Shown: positions 9,723-21,691 of the stretch, one piece after another
Layout: each line of letters opens with the position of its first letter
Position numbering within the stretch: the stretch's first letter is position 1
Origin: Porphyridium purpureum
Taxonomy: Eukaryota
Direction: 5' to 3'
Assembly (NCBI GenBank): GCA_008690995.1
Contig: VRMN01000004.1
Coordinates: forward strand, 1,550,001-1,614,000
Length of the DNA stretch: 64,000 nt
Program-made: the position numbers and the translations under genes
Notes under the pieces: generated by a model
Told to the model about the DNA's origin: nothing
The model's database searches: none
The model's input: only the letters and a program-made list of their open reading frames with translations

Positions 9723-11420
9723 ATGGGTATGGGGTTTGTGGTTGTGGCGTGGGCATGCGTGTGGAGCGTCGGTCGGCGGAAGCGGCAGAGCGGGACTGGG
9801 CAGGGGCGATGTGAGGCGTGCGAGAGCTGGAGGGGCTCAGCGGCGCCGTGCCGAAGTGGCAGGCACGGCACGGGCAGTCATAGCATACGGAGTTTGCACG
9901 GACGGCGCGCGCGCCCGCGGCGGAGATTAGGCGGCGTTGCAATGAGTGGCGAGAATGCAAATAATCATGTACAGATTCAGAGGTACGGACATAAGGATGT
10001 GACGCGCGTCGTGCTCTGTCATCAGACGGTCGATTTCGACTCGCTGGCCGCGGCCGTCGGGTTGGCCAGGCTCCATCAGGCGTACGTCGTCATTCCGTCG
10101 GGTATGTCACTGCCTGTCAGGCTCTACTTGGCCACGCACTCCCATCTGTTCCCGATCATTCCCAGCAAGGTCGTCGATCCCACGCGCATAGAGTGGCTCG
10201 GCATCGTCGACACGCAGTCCAAGGACAGGCTCGGCGTCGGCGCAGAGTGGGTTTCATTTGCGAAGCACGTGACCGTGTACGACCACCACGTGCACATGGA
10301 GTGCGATATCATCCAGAAATCATCCAATAACGGCGTGGTGCACGAGCTCATCGTCGAATCGGTCGGCGCCGTGACCACGCTGATTGTGGAGAAGCTGCAC
10401 AGCGCAAACATCCAGTTGCACCCGGCAGAAGCCACGCTGCTTGCGTTGGGCATCCATGCAGACACGGGAAACCTCACGTTTGAAACCACGACGGCGCGCG
10501 ATGCACGCATGCTCGCGTGGCTCATGATGATGGGCGCAAGCCAAAGAGCCGTCGCAGAGTACATCCAGGAACCGCTCAACCAGGCTCAGACCACGATGCT
10601 CATGAAGGGTCTCGACGAGCTGCAGGTACGGCAGGTCAAGGGGCTCAGTATAGGCTTCGTGCTCATGCACAGCGACGAATTCGTCAAGGGAATGTCCGTG
10701 GTCACGCAGGACCTTTTGGAACTTGGGAATGTGGACGCGATTCTTCTGCTTCTTGTGAGCCCCGCAGGCCGCGGGCGCGCCTCCAGTCGGAGGCGGAAGC
10801 CGCGTAGCGACGACGAGGAGAGCGATACTTTGCAAATCTCTGTCATTGGCCGGGCTCGGGCCAGTGCAGGGCGTGTGAACTTTCACACGCTTTTTGCCCC
10901 TCGCGGCGGCGGTGGGCACGCAAAGGCGGCTGCGCTCAGCTGCAAGAGCTCAGACCCGGGGCACGCCCGAAGCCTGCTCGATGAGCTCTTGGCGGAGCTT
11001 GAGCTGCAACTGCCCTCTGCGCCGACCGCCGCCGACTTGCTGGGCGGCTCCATTCCGCTCCACAATGTGGTGCTTGCGCGAGATGCGACGTGGCTGGACG
11101 CGCAGCGCGTTCTCGCATCATTTCCAATTGCCGTGGTGGTCGAGTCGCTGGCGCTCGCGGACGAGGCGCCGCGCTTCCTCGGAGTGGTGTCGAGAGAGCA
11201 GCTCTCGGTGGCACAGTCAAAAGGCGCAGCAGCGCTGGCGGGTAAGGTGCATGGCTGGGCACAGAAGGGCGTGTTTGTCAGGCTGTCCCATTCGATTCGG
11301 GAAATCAAGGCCACGTTTGAGGAGAACCCGATTGGCGCTCTTCCTGTGCTCGACGAAACATGCAAGCGGGTGGTGGGCGTACTGGAGTCCACCGACGTGC
11401 TCCGACAACAGGGCGACTGA
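9723..11420 (+). CDS. DHH/DHHA1 phosphoesterase with a degenerate CBS pair, probably plastid-targeted
   Basis: LCHQTVDFDSL, IVDTQ, VYDHH, GIHADTGNL, GGGGHAKAA; C-terminal IGALPVLD..VVGVL CBS-like; MGMGFVV transit-like start (alternative ATGs 9729, 9942). Confidence 0.85.
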   Translation: MGMGFVVVAWACVWSVGRRKRQSGTGQGRCEACESWRGSAAPCRSGRHGTGSHSIRSLHGRRARPRRRLGGVAMSGENANNHVQIQRYGHKDVTRVVLCHQTVDFDSLAAAVGLARLHQAYVVIPSGMSLPVRLYLATHSHLFPIIPSKVVDPTRIEWLGIVDTQSKDRLGVGAEWVSFAKHVTVYDHHVHMECDIIQKSSNNGVVHELIVESVGAVTTLIVEKLHSANIQLHPAEATLLALGIHADTGNLTFETTTARDARMLAWLMMMGASQRAVAEYIQEPLNQAQTTMLMKGLDELQVRQVKGLSIGFVLMHSDEFVKGMSVVTQDLLELGNVDAILLLLVSPAGRGRASSRRRKPRSDDEESDTLQISVIGRARASAGRVNFHTLFAPRGGGGHAKAAALSCKSSDPGHARSLLDELLAELELQLPSAPTAADLLGGSIPLHNVVLARDATWLDAQRVLASFPIAVVVESLALADEAPRFLGVVSREQLSVAQSKGAAALAGKVHGWAQKGVFVRLSHSIREIKATFEENPIGALPVLDETCKRVVGVLESTDVLRQQGD

Positions 11421-11476
11421 CATGTAGAAACATCGTGATTTATTTAACAACGCGACATTATCTGACCCCATCTGGC

Positions 11477-11896
11477 CTAGATGTGATCTTCGACGAGGTT
11501 GCCCAGGAAAGGCACCTTGTACTTCTCACCCGTGTCGGCGCCCGTGAACGCCTTCCACATGAGTCCGAGCCATGCCAAGAGCGAAATCACGCCCAGAACG
11601 ATGCTGAGCCAGCCTGCGAGACCGAACAGCATACCCCGGAAGAAACCGATCAGGGCGCCCAGGGCAGACACCAAGAGGAAGAACGCGATTGACTGGCACG
11701 CGTGAAACTTGAGGTAGGCGTTTCTGTGCTCTAGTGCCAGCACCACAATGCCGCCGACCCAGGTGAACAAGTAGCACAGCACGGCCGCCACGTGAATGGG
11801 CACGCCCGTCCTCGTGCTCTTATCGTACAAAACCTGGTCCCTTGTATTTCCCAGCGCCTCCTTGGCGTCCTCGCCAATCGTCTTGTAATCCGGCAT
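11477..11896 (-). CDS. DUF4870/Tic20-like small membrane protein
   Basis: AAVLCYLFTWVGGIV..E..N.YLKFHACQS, three hydrophobic helices, YKVPFLG end. Confidence 0.8.
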   Translation of the reverse strand: MPDYKTIGEDAKEALGNTRDQVLYDKSTRTGVPIHVAAVLCYLFTWVGGIVVLALEHRNAYLKFHACQSIAFFLLVSALGALIGFFRGMLFGLAGWLSIVLGVISLLAWLGLMWKAFTGADTGEKYKVPFLGNLVEDHI

Positions 11897-11898
11897 CT

Positions 11899-11941
11899 TC
11901 AACCCTGTCCTCAACCCTGTCCTCAACCCTGTCCTCAACCC
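11899..11941. repeat. 12-bp tandem repeat (TCAACCCTGTCC) about 3.5 copies in the 5' leader
   Basis: Read directly from sequence. Confidence 0.9.
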
Positions 11942-12153
11942 ACCCCTCCTCTACTCCACTCCTCCCCTCCCCTCTCTCTCTCTCTCTCTTTCTTTCGTCT
12001 CTGGCATATCTCTCACTGGTCTTAACCCCCAAACGGACTTTTTTTCCCGCCCTCACGCTTCCACGTGTTTCATCACTGTACACCTATGTACTGTGACGCT
12101 GTACTTGTGTACTGCTGTGTTCGGTCAGGTCGTGGCAAGTGGTTGGTATGCGT

Positions 12154-12194
12154 AACCCTGGATCTGACTGCTTGTTTGGGTTAGATCGAGGGTT
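12154..12194. promoter_or_regulatory. Inverted-repeat telo-box-like element upstream of RPL35a
   Basis: AACCCTGGATCTGAC-N11-GTTAGATCGAGGGTT (13/15 inverted match); same element at 24166-24206. Confidence 0.6.
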
Positions 12195-12450
12195 TTTGCG
12201 TGGTGTTGCGAGTCAACGCGGGTTGCGGCCGCGTATAGCGAAGGGGGCGCAGTTGCGGCGGGAGTCCAAAGTGGGTTTATAGTAAAGGAGTGTATTTTCA
12301 TAGAAAACCGCCACAGAGCAATGAGTTGGTTGCCGGGGGGAAGAGGCGGGGGGAGGAGAGAAGAGAGAGAGAGAAGAGAGGAGAAGAGAGAGAGTAGGGG
12401 CGTGTGTGGTTGTGTGTGGGAAGAGAGTGTGGGGAAGGGTTGGAGACACG

Positions 12451-12792
12451 ATGGGAAAGCAACCTGTGAGATTGTATAGCAAGGGCGTGGTGCAGGGCTA
12501 CAAGCGTGGCATTCGAAACCAGCACCCGGCTCAAACGCGGCTCAGCATTCAGGGCGTGTGCACGCGCGACGACGTGCAATGGTACCTGGGCAAGCGCGTC
12601 GCGTATATTTACAAGGCCTCGGCGCTGAAAAAGGGCACCCGCGGAAAGGAGACGAAGATCCGCGTCATTTGGGGAAAGGTCATTGCGCCGCACGGGAACT
12701 CTGGCCACGTCCGGGCAAAGTTTGCAAAGAACCTGCCGCCCACGGCAATTGGAGGGCCCGTCAGAGTCATGCTCTACCCCAGCCACACATAA
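12451..12792 (+). CDS. RPL35A: 60S ribosomal protein L35a (eL33)
   Basis: RLYSKG..GYKRG.RNQ, YLGKRVAYIYKA, RVIWGKV..PHGNSG, VRVMLYPS. Confidence 0.97.
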   Translation: MGKQPVRLYSKGVVQGYKRGIRNQHPAQTRLSIQGVCTRDDVQWYLGKRVAYIYKASALKKGTRGKETKIRVIWGKVIAPHGNSGHVRAKFAKNLPPTAIGGPVRVMLYPSHT

Positions 12793-13271
12793 AATAAGTA
12801 GATCGGGAGCGGAAGCGTTTCCGGTAAGAACGCGGACAAGACGCCAATCATGCTGCTCGCGAACGAGCACGGGCCCAAGTGGAGCGCGGATGGAAATACA
12901 GGGAGTCGTCTCTGAATGGATGATAGCTGCGAGCGCATGGACGGTTTGACACACTTTGAAGGGCTTCTGCCTTCTCGCGGATGTCCAGAATATGACTTTC
13001 GAGATCGCGCGACAGATTCGCGGCGGGGTTGGGCTGCTCGTGCAGAAGCTGCTTTCTCCCGCCCGTTGCTTCAGGCCACGATGTGCTTGGAGTCAGATAG
13101 GTGTGAGATCGTTTGGGCTTCTAGCGTTCGTTTTCTTTACCTAAAATGCATTTCACGGTTTATTGCACGGTCGTTCCATCGGTCTGTACGTCGTCTTTAT
13201 GACATTTGCACGAGCTTCAAATGCGCATTATGCGCGACTGGCCATTTTCATCTTGTTTGTTTAGAGAGCAG

Positions 13272-14606
13272 ATGAATTTTGCGCATCTCTCCTCAAAGTG
13301 CCATCTGCTCTCGTGTTCGCGGTCACGACTGCGTGCATGCTCGCGCCCGTCGCTCGCACTGTTGCAGCGCCGCAGGTGTGCGAGACTCGCGGCTTGTGCC
13401 ATGGATGCCGTGGGCACGGTGCGCGAGTTGCTCAAGCTTGAAGAACACAGGCTTGAAAATGATCCGTTTGTCGCACACCTAGAGGCAATGCGCAAGCTCC
13501 TCGCGAGCGCGTCGCAGTCGCCTCGTGCCGTTCGAGTGATGATGGGCAACCAAGCAGCTGACCTTGACTCGATTGTGAGCAGCACAGTGCATGCTTACGC
13601 CGAACAGTCGTCAAACTCTGTGCGGGCTGACGTGCAGTGTGTTCCTGTAATGAATGTCAGTGCGGCCGAAGTCAGACTGAGGACCGAGGCCACTTTTTTA
13701 TTCTCGCTGCTCGGCTTGGATCTCGCGTCCGTCACCAGCACAATCGACCAGTTCGATCTGGCTGGGCTGAAAGCACAGGACCGGATGGAACTGGTGCTGG
13801 TGGATCATAATGTGTGCGCACCGCAGCAGAGCGACTTTGAAGCTTGTGTCGTAGGCGTGATTGACCACCACGTCGATGAATGTTCCGCAGCGATGGGCGT
13901 GGACGGTCTTGAATACCTGATTGTGGAGCCAGTCGGCTCTTGTGCAACCCTCGTATATGAAAGGCTTCTGCAAAGCCAGGCTGCTGTGAGCTCGATCAGG
14001 CTGCAATTGCTCATCCTGGCTACCATCTTGCTCGACACCGCAAACATGGATCCGAGCGTGGGGCGAGCGACGACGAAAGATTCGCATGTAGTGGACATGC
14101 TTTCTCATCAACTCGCGAGCAAAATGGGGTGGAGCCAAGTCGAAACCGCGCAGTTTAAAGATGGCCTGTTTGCCCAAGTTGTGCGAGCCAAAAACAACAA
14201 GTCGGGCTTGTCGCGGGCCGAGCTGCTCATGAGCGATTATAAGCAATATGTGATGGGCTCGCGGTCCGTGGGCATCTGCTCAGTGCTCGAGCCGCTCACG
14301 TGCTTCTCTGAGAAGGATGTACTCGACTTTTACAATCTAAAGGCGCCTCTGGATCTCGTGTTGGTCATGGCGTCGTTCAAGGACACTGGAGGCGCGTTCC
14401 GGCGTCAGCTTGCTCTGTTTTCGTTCGAGGACAAGGAGCTTGCTCGCATTTTACATGCAAACCTGGCGCAGTCGGAGCATCTCATCTTGGCGCCCTTGGA
14501 AACGCCGATGGAGACTGAACACGGAATCTATTTGGAACAAAGAAACCTTAAGCTCTCGCGCAAAATATTGCAGCCTATCCTTCAGCGCGTGCTTGAAACG
14601 ATGTGA
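13272..14606 (+). CDS. Exopolyphosphatase PPX1/prune family (DHH-DHHA2)
   Basis: MGNQAADLDSIVS, LVDHN, VIDHH, VGSCATL, ILLDT, SDYK, SRKILQP; N-terminal extension; start uncertain (13272 or 13401). Confidence 0.9.
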   Translation: MNFAHLSSKCHLLSCSRSRLRACSRPSLALLQRRRCARLAACAMDAVGTVRELLKLEEHRLENDPFVAHLEAMRKLLASASQSPRAVRVMMGNQAADLDSIVSSTVHAYAEQSSNSVRADVQCVPVMNVSAAEVRLRTEATFLFSLLGLDLASVTSTIDQFDLAGLKAQDRMELVLVDHNVCAPQQSDFEACVVGVIDHHVDECSAAMGVDGLEYLIVEPVGSCATLVYERLLQSQAAVSSIRLQLLILATILLDTANMDPSVGRATTKDSHVVDMLSHQLASKMGWSQVETAQFKDGLFAQVVRAKNNKSGLSRAELLMSDYKQYVMGSRSVGICSVLEPLTCFSEKDVLDFYNLKAPLDLVLVMASFKDTGGAFRRQLALFSFEDKELARILHANLAQSEHLILAPLETPMETEHGIYLEQRNLKLSRKILQPILQRVLETM

Positions 14607-14641
14607 CTCTTTACATTGCCAACTGTCACTTTTTTTATATA

Positions 14642-15859
14642 TCAGACTAGATCCACTGGGCGCCTCGTGTACCAGACCCAGTCGGAAGTATCTCGCTTTT
14701 CTGGTCTCTGGATGTGGGGCAGGCCTTCCGACGTGAAGGATACGCTTTTCGGAACGATGGTGAACACATCCTCACCTCCCATTCTGCGCGACAAACGGTC
14801 GGGAATTCCGTTCCTTCCTTCGACGTGAGCAGCGCCGGCCAAAATGACAAGCTGACCTTGCCCGTTCTTGAAGCCGGGTGCATTTTGCAGAAACTGGCTT
14901 GCCGAGTCCGCCATGTAATCTTCCCAGAGGCAGTACGCCTCATAGTACGACTTGAGATACGCGCCGGCCACATCTGCGTGCACGCCCATCATGTTGCTGG
15001 CGAAACGATTGTAGTGTTTTTGGTTCGACAGATCGATCTCAGGAAACGTGGAGCGTAGCTTTTCCGGCACACTGTCGAGGCCTCGCTCGGCGACGATCTG
15101 CACGGCTTTGGAAGGCAAGTTGAGCCCGACTAGCCGTATTCCATGCTGCCGTGCATACGCAAAGATCGGCAGCCAAAAGTTAAAGTCGTGGCCCCACATT
15201 TCGTCCCACTTTGTGCGTTCCTTGAGCTTATTCAGTCCAATGCGCCCGTATACGTAATCGTCCAAGTGACCCTGATGTTGCCGGTAAAAATGCTCCAGGC
15301 CGATCGCGAGCGGTTTGGTGGGTGCATTCTGACGCAGCGTCTTGATGACATCGAGTTGCATGCGGTGATGCAATGGGTGCGTGTGTTCCTCCCCAATGAC
15401 AAGCAGGCGTTTCTGAGCCGACGAGGGTGGAACTGCCGAGTCAGCCAGCTCAGGGTTCGTGTTTCCCCGCAGGTACCTGGGCAAGTGTTCCATGGCGGCT
15501 CGGATGGGCAGATACGAGCCAATGCGTGTGTCAAAGATGCGCTCTCCTTCCCGAATCACACGTGGAGCATGTTGGAGCTGCGCCATGTCTGCCCATGCAG
15601 GCAAGACGGTGCCCATACTTCCCGAACCGAGGCCCAGCCCGAGGCCCACCCCGACGACTGATCGCAACAAGTCGCGCCTGGTCGGCTGCGCTTCCCGACC
15701 AGACTCCAGCTCTCCACACTCCATGCGAGTGACGTGGCTCTCAGCACTTGCATGACGAACCCCACGCCTGGCCCTGTTCACGCAGCACCGTCCCTTGCGT
15801 CCCGACTGTCTCTGCGGTAGCACCGCCTCTCCCAGCGTACCCCCGTGCTGAAACGCCAT
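14642..15859 (-). CDS. ChaN/PhuW (DUF399) haem-binding-uptake family protein, thylakoid lumen-targeted
   Basis: VIGEEHTHPLHHRMQL, IGLEHF..Q..LDDY, LWEDYMADS, LAGAAHV..GIPDRL; MAFQ start and twin-Arg TRRDLL..AWA signal. Confidence 0.88.
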   Translation of the reverse strand: MAFQHGGTLGEAVLPQRQSGRKGRCCVNRARRGVRHASAESHVTRMECGELESGREAQPTRRDLLRSVVGVGLGLGLGSGSMGTVLPAWADMAQLQHAPRVIREGERIFDTRIGSYLPIRAAMEHLPRYLRGNTNPELADSAVPPSSAQKRLLVIGEEHTHPLHHRMQLDVIKTLRQNAPTKPLAIGLEHFYRQHQGHLDDYVYGRIGLNKLKERTKWDEMWGHDFNFWLPIFAYARQHGIRLVGLNLPSKAVQIVAERGLDSVPEKLRSTFPEIDLSNQKHYNRFASNMMGVHADVAGAYLKSYYEAYCLWEDYMADSASQFLQNAPGFKNGQGQLVILAGAAHVEGRNGIPDRLSRRMGGEDVFTIVPKSVSFTSEGLPHIQRPEKRDTSDWVWYTRRPVDLV

Positions 15860-16912
15860 GGCGTGCGTCTGGCGTTGCCTCTGCTCGTGTCGTTTCATCA
15901 GCTCGTCACCAAGCTCCATCTGCAGCCGTCTGGTGCATTCCAGTGCACTACTGTCCGAACGCTCTGTGGCCTTTATTCTTGCGACACGCCTCGGGGTCCA
16001 CGCTTGTCGCGCCTTCCAAGTCTCTGTGCGCGTCAGTACCAATCAGCGCAGAAGCAGGCGTCTCCCAGGCGCTAGCTGGCTGCCGCGAATCTCTTTATAT
16101 GCGGCAGCATTCATGTGCCGGTTGGAGGAATGCGGCTGCTGTTCTTGCGGATGCTGCTGGTATGTCCCACTCCGATTCGCTGTCTCTCCGCAGGCTTTCT
16201 TCCCGCTTACTGCTGGAAACACCGCTTCTCACAAATTCTCAGGCTCCGGTTCATATAAAAACAGTCGAAATTTATGGGATATTTAAATGCCCACTCGTCC
16301 AAACGTCCGTACGGCCAAACGCTCCAACGTCCAAACGCCCAAGCTCCTACCGGGAAGCGAGACGAGAATAGGGCGCCAAGTCGAAGAGGCATTGGACCTG
16401 CGCTGAAATAATGGTGTCGCTTGGTACGCGCTGATCGCTTCATTTTCATGTCCAGCTTATGCCTAAAAACTAAGTGACAACACACCCGTCGGGCATTCGA
16501 AAATCTTCCGACGGTATTCCAATACATCAACATCGCCACAATCACATACACATCCACCCGCTCGGGAACCGCGGGTACAAAAACGTAAAAACAACAAGGA
16601 CATTCAGCAACGCAGCACGTGCCAAGTAAACCCCTTGCTATCTTACCTCCACACACATCAACATCGACTAACCACGCCTAGCATTATCAGGCAGTCACTC
16701 CGCTTCACACTTCTTTATGCTCATCCACTCCCACCAACCCGTCACCACAAATAAACACCCACTCGCATATTCAAAGCCTCACTTAAACACACACACACAC
16801 AATATCCCTCCTTCCCTGCTTCCCTCTCTTGAACAAATGCTCACTACATTCTGTACAATCCAGCTTTCAGCAATCACTCGGCAAAAGCCAGCACCATCGA
16901 CGCCCCGCCCCG

Positions 16913-19900
16913 TCAATAAAGCGAGTTCCCTCCACCCGCACCGCTGTACATGCTTGATGCGCCGTATGGAGACATGACGCGCGGCGAGCCAGCCCAACCG
17001 GGCTCAAGTCGCGCGAGAATGTGTTTCCCGTACGAATATTTCTTGATAAGGTTCATCTGCACGCGCAAAATATTCACCACGCGCTCGCGTTGCTGCGGCT
17101 CGGCCACATCGAGCACACGTTGCACGACATAATTACCAAAATTGTCACGCACAAGCGAGCTCAGCGGGCTCACTCCGGGCGGACCTCGGCCGTCGCCTTC
17201 AATGAGTACCTCAATCAGCTGCTTACGCTGCATCGCGTTGCCGTGCTGAAGGCAGCGTTCGACAACATTCGACGCGAATTTGTGCTGGGAGAGCGCAACG
17301 ACATCCTCAAAGACAACGGCGGTGACAGCCGCGCGCTCCTGCTCTGTACCATGCTCCACAATGTGCTGGATCACATAGTTGCCGTACTGGTCCGAAATCA
17401 GCTTGTGAATGTTCTTCATGATCTCGTTACGAATGGGCGCTTTCTGAAAATCAGCGCCAAATTCAAGCACGCGCTGCACGACTCGGCACCCGTACGAGTG
17501 TTCCGCCAGGGACACGGCCTGACCTGTGATGGCATCGACAATGAACTGTACCTTGTCTGCGGCGACGAGCTCAACTGATTTCTGGATCACGTGGTTGCCA
17601 TTCTGGTCTCGAATGCACTTGAGCACGTGCCCATTCAGCTCGGCTACCAACACGGCGCGTTCTTCCGCGCCAAGCACCTCTAGTGCCTTTTGTACGACAC
17701 GGCACCCATACATATGCAGCGATAATGTCAGCATGCGTCCGCGTAGCTCGTTGAAGATCTGCGGAACCGCGTCCGCTTGCTGTCCATGCTCTAGAAGCTT
17801 TTGCACCACGTAGTTTCCAAAGACGTCGGTCATCAGCAACTGCATCTCGCTTAGCGCCTCATTCAAGACAAAACGTAACTCCTCGACGCGCGCACTTTCC
17901 AGCTTCTGCTGGATAAATCGCGAGCCATGCTGGTCTGTCGCGAACTCGACCACGTGCCCCCGAATATCTTCCAAGTGCCACTCTCTATACGGCGCGTTCG
18001 CTCCACCGCCAGCGCCCATGACCGGCGCTGAAGCGTTCAGTCCCATTGTAGAATACCCACCGTACAGTGACATCGCGTTGTGGTCACCAAGGTTCATATT
18101 CATACCCAAGCCACCACCATTCTGGTGATTGTTGCGCGACGTGGGCGCACCAGAGGTTGCGCGAAAGTCCTCAAGGATAGCAGACCGTGGGTGCATATCA
18201 CTGCCGCCACCCATCGATTTCTTGTCTCCAGCTCCAAATGGACCATCGGGACTTCGCTGGCTACGCATGTTGTTTCTGTCCCCGCGCGGGCCGCCACCAC
18301 GGCCACTGCGGGGCGCGCCACCGTCTGGAATGTAGGAGCCCTTCCGGCTGTGGTGACTTGTCGGCGTCATTGCTCCGCCGGCACCACCCGTCGCAGCCGC
18401 AAGCATGGCCGACGCAATCGACGGAGAACCGACACCTCCCACACCGTGCGCTGCTGGATCGGCGAGTAGCGCCGCATACATTTGCTGCAGGGATAGATTA
18501 TTCATGTTCATACTGGCGCTGGGCCCGCCACCCACGGGGCCGCCGTGGCCACTGAGCGACGGCGAGTTTAAAGCCATCATCATCTGTGCCTCAAACAGCT
18601 GCTGACGCGCGTTGATCAGATTTGCCATTTGCAGACGAAGGGCTGCGTTTTCTTCCATCGTGTGCTGGTGTCCCAAACCAAGCGCCGAGGGCTTCTCAGG
18701 CGATGCGGTCGGTATAGATCCGTCCTGAAAAAAGAAGCTGCCGGGCTGATCCGGGTTGGAGTCCGAAAGAGATTGACTGCCATACCCAGACGTGCCAAGG
18801 TCTACGCCAGACATTGGTGCCATGCCACGCCCGCCGCTTTGGAACCCGCCTCCACCATGCTGAGCATATTGCGACGGCGGGTGCTGTTGTTGATGTTGCT
18901 GGTGCTGCACATGATGTTGTGTGAACGACAGCTGCTGCTGTTGCTGTCGCATCAGCTGCTGCTGGGCAATAATCTGCGACAAAACCTGCGCCTGCGTTTG
19001 CGGGTCTACGATCCCAATCATGTTCATGTGCTCGACAATCTGATCCAAATTCGCACCACTTGCCGCCAAAGTCGAGAGACTGCCCATATTGATGCCCAGA
19101 CCACCGTCACTGCCCGCGGCTCCGCCGAGTGCACCGCCGCTCTGACTGTGTGGGGTGTTAGAGTTGGGACTTGCCACTCCGCCGTAACGCCCCGCAAAGT
19201 TGGCGTTCGTGCCGCTGCTCGATCCCCATATACGCTGCCGGTCCAAATCGGTCGTTTCTCGGGCTGCACTAAGCGTCACGTTCCCTAAGCTACTGTGTCC
19301 TGACTTTGGCACTTCGCCAGCGTGCAAGTCCAGATCCGAAACGCCCGCACGGGCCCGTAGCACTTCCATGTCGCTCCCTGTCCTTTGTCCGCTCACAGGA
19401 AACGCCGCGCTTGAATGGACTCCTCCCTTCTGGACCTGAGCGGGTACGTCTGTCGCGGCTTCTCCCCGATAAGGTGCACCGGCAAGAGGGGTGCGTGTGC
19501 CCCGGTTAGACGCCGGGATAAACTCCAAAGAACGCGTCCACGGGTTTGGCGCCTGCGCAATATTGCTGCTATTCAGCCCGTTCGTGCTGGCGTTGGTGCT
19601 GCCCAGTGAGTCCAGCATGCTACTGTACGACGCGTTCCTGGACTGCTGCAGTGACGTGCTGGGCGCCGATCCATTCTTCATGCCTGCTCCAATCACGCCA
19701 GCGGGCATCGCAGAGACGTTCATCGACGCCATTGAATTGACCAATGTCGTGCTGTCCAGCAAACTGCTTGACGACAGGCTGTGCACAGCAGGCGCCTTTT
19801 GATAATGATCGCCGATCGAGCGCATCATTGGTGACGCCGATCGCGGCGTGTGTGCGCCACTTGCGTTTCTGGGACTTATTGCCGGCGGCGGCGGCGGCGA

Positions 19901-20104
19901 TGCCGTCCCAGATTTGAGCTCCTGCTGCTGCTGCGGCTGCTTTGTGCCGCTCACAGGAGTGTCCGCGTCGTCCATAATGCCTTCAATGGCACCCAATAAA
20001 TGTGCAGAGTCCTCGAACCCTACGGCCGAGTTGCGACTCGCAGGCAGTGACGAGTGAACTGCATCACCCTGCGCGGACGTGTGGTCCCATCTAGAAGGAT
20101 CCAT
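16913..20104 (-). CDS. Pumilio/PUF RNA-binding protein
   Basis: Eight PUF repeats ([83 protein letters not shown]) after a Gln/Gly-rich disordered N-terminus. Confidence 0.96.
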   Translation of the reverse strand: MDPSRWDHTSAQGDAVHSSLPASRNSAVGFEDSAHLLGAIEGIMDDADTPVSGTKQPQQQQELKSGTASPPPPPAISPRNASGAHTPRSASPMMRSIGDHYQKAPAVHSLSSSSLLDSTTLVNSMASMNVSAMPAGVIGAGMKNGSAPSTSLQQSRNASYSSMLDSLGSTNASTNGLNSSNIAQAPNPWTRSLEFIPASNRGTRTPLAGAPYRGEAATDVPAQVQKGGVHSSAAFPVSGQRTGSDMEVLRARAGVSDLDLHAGEVPKSGHSSLGNVTLSAARETTDLDRQRIWGSSSGTNANFAGRYGGVASPNSNTPHSQSGGALGGAAGSDGGLGINMGSLSTLAASGANLDQIVEHMNMIGIVDPQTQAQVLSQIIAQQQLMRQQQQQLSFTQHHVQHQQHQQQHPPSQYAQHGGGGFQSGGRGMAPMSGVDLGTSGYGSQSLSDSNPDQPGSFFFQDGSIPTASPEKPSALGLGHQHTMEENAALRLQMANLINARQQLFEAQMMMALNSPSLSGHGGPVGGGPSASMNMNNLSLQQMYAALLADPAAHGVGGVGSPSIASAMLAAATGGAGGAMTPTSHHSRKGSYIPDGGAPRSGRGGGPRGDRNNMRSQRSPDGPFGAGDKKSMGGGSDMHPRSAILEDFRATSGAPTSRNNHQNGGGLGMNMNLGDHNAMSLYGGYSTMGLNASAPVMGAGGGANAPYREWHLEDIRGHVVEFATDQHGSRFIQQKLESARVEELRFVLNEALSEMQLLMTDVFGNYVVQKLLEHGQQADAVPQIFNELRGRMLTLSLHMYGCRVVQKALEVLGAEERAVLVAELNGHVLKCIRDQNGNHVIQKSVELVAADKVQFIVDAITGQAVSLAEHSYGCRVVQRVLEFGADFQKAPIRNEIMKNIHKLISDQYGNYVIQHIVEHGTEQERAAVTAVVFEDVVALSQHKFASNVVERCLQHGNAMQRKQLIEVLIEGDGRGPPGVSPLSSLVRDNFGNYVVQRVLDVAEPQQRERVVNILRVQMNLIKKYSYGKHILARLEPGWAGSPRVMSPYGASSMYSGAGGGNSLY

Positions 20105-21691
20105 GTATGTTGCGCGTGCTCAGAAACGACGCTCGGCACAACGACTCCAAAACGTTTGGTTTGATGCCAGCACTATGTACACTGTACAGCCACGTGCGAT
20201 CGCGGCGATGCCCTGTGTGTTCCCCGGCTTGCAGGAGACTTTCAGAGGAACGTGGAGCGATGTGTTCGACGGAGGGGCCCCGCGATAGAAGTGATCAAAG
20301 ATCTTTAGAAACACACACAACGACGCGCGACGGAACACTCACATCCATACATCTGACCATCCGCTTTCCACTGTTGAGCTCTTTGTGCAGGCCTCGATTC
20401 CTGTACAGCGCCCAGTCTGTACACAGGCCCCTGCTTGCTCGCTCTTTGCCTACACACGCCCGTATGTACAAAACCGCATGTATATACAAAAATCCACCGG
20501 TCAGACACGCACACACATTCGAGCCGCCGCGCAGCGCCCCTCGCGCTTAGTAACACCCTGCTCCACTCCGCCCCTCCCAACCCCTCCCATCCACGGCCGC
20601 CACCACGTCGTCCCCTGCCGGCGTGCACTCCGCCACCGCGCGTCACCCACTGCCGCGCGTCTGCACCGCACCCACCCCTCTCACACACACACACACCCCC
20701 AAACCCCCCTCCCCTCAAGCATGCACAAGCAACAGCACACTCCCAACACCCACCCACCCACTCACCCTCTCCTCTCCTCTCTCTCTCGCCGTTCACATGC
20801 ACTCGGCAAGATCCCAAGCACGTGCTCTTCGCCCCCTTTCCTCCTCTCCTCCCCTCTCTCCCTTTTCCCCTTCTCTCTCTCCCTCATTCTAATCCCATTC
20901 CAACACTACCAACCCACCCATCTTCACCACCACCACAACTCGTCGGTACACTCCCGCCACAAAACATCTATCAAAATACACTGCGTTACTAGACATGCTT
21001 CGCGGGACGCCTTCTCGCCTTGTCGCTCGGTCGCTAGAGTAATAATAATTCTAATAGAGCACATAATAGAGCGTGGGTAGTTTGATACGAAATACAAGAG
21101 ACAAGAAACAAGAATCAACAAGGAACAACAAGGAATAAAGAGAAACGCAATAGCGCCAGCTAGGTGAAAAACAAAAGGGTTCGTGTGGATTCGGATAGTG
21201 TTCAGTTGGTCGATGATAAGGCGGCTGAGCATTCGGACAAAATCGACGCCGTTTTGATAGCATCGACGAACGATTGGACGCCGGGGGGGGAGCGGGAAGG
21301 GCGGGACGGTGTGGCGTGCTCGTTTGGTGCATTACAGCGTGAGCTGCACAACGACGTTTTGATACTGACCATCGAACGCATTGCTATATCATCCGCGTGG
21401 ATATGTTTGTTTTCACACAGAGGCGCTCAGGGGGTGTGGTTGAACGCGTTGAAGCGGAAGTGCATTGTGGGATTTCATTCCCGCATCACAGAACATCTGA
21501 AATAGGCGCAGTTTTATAGATATAATCAGGATGGCAAACGAATGCGATTTATTGTTCCGCAGTGTCTGTATCGGTTTCTGCGATCGATCCGGCGAACCGA
21601 ACCGATCCGAACCGAGCCGAGTGGGGGGAGACCAAATATGGTGAGATGTTCGTGGGTTGGTGGTGACAGAGTGAGGAGGCGACGGGAGAGG

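Noticed and set aside
20295..21510. Several ORFs upstream of Pumilio
   Set aside because: Low-complexity CT/CA-rich leader and promoter sequence producing spurious frames
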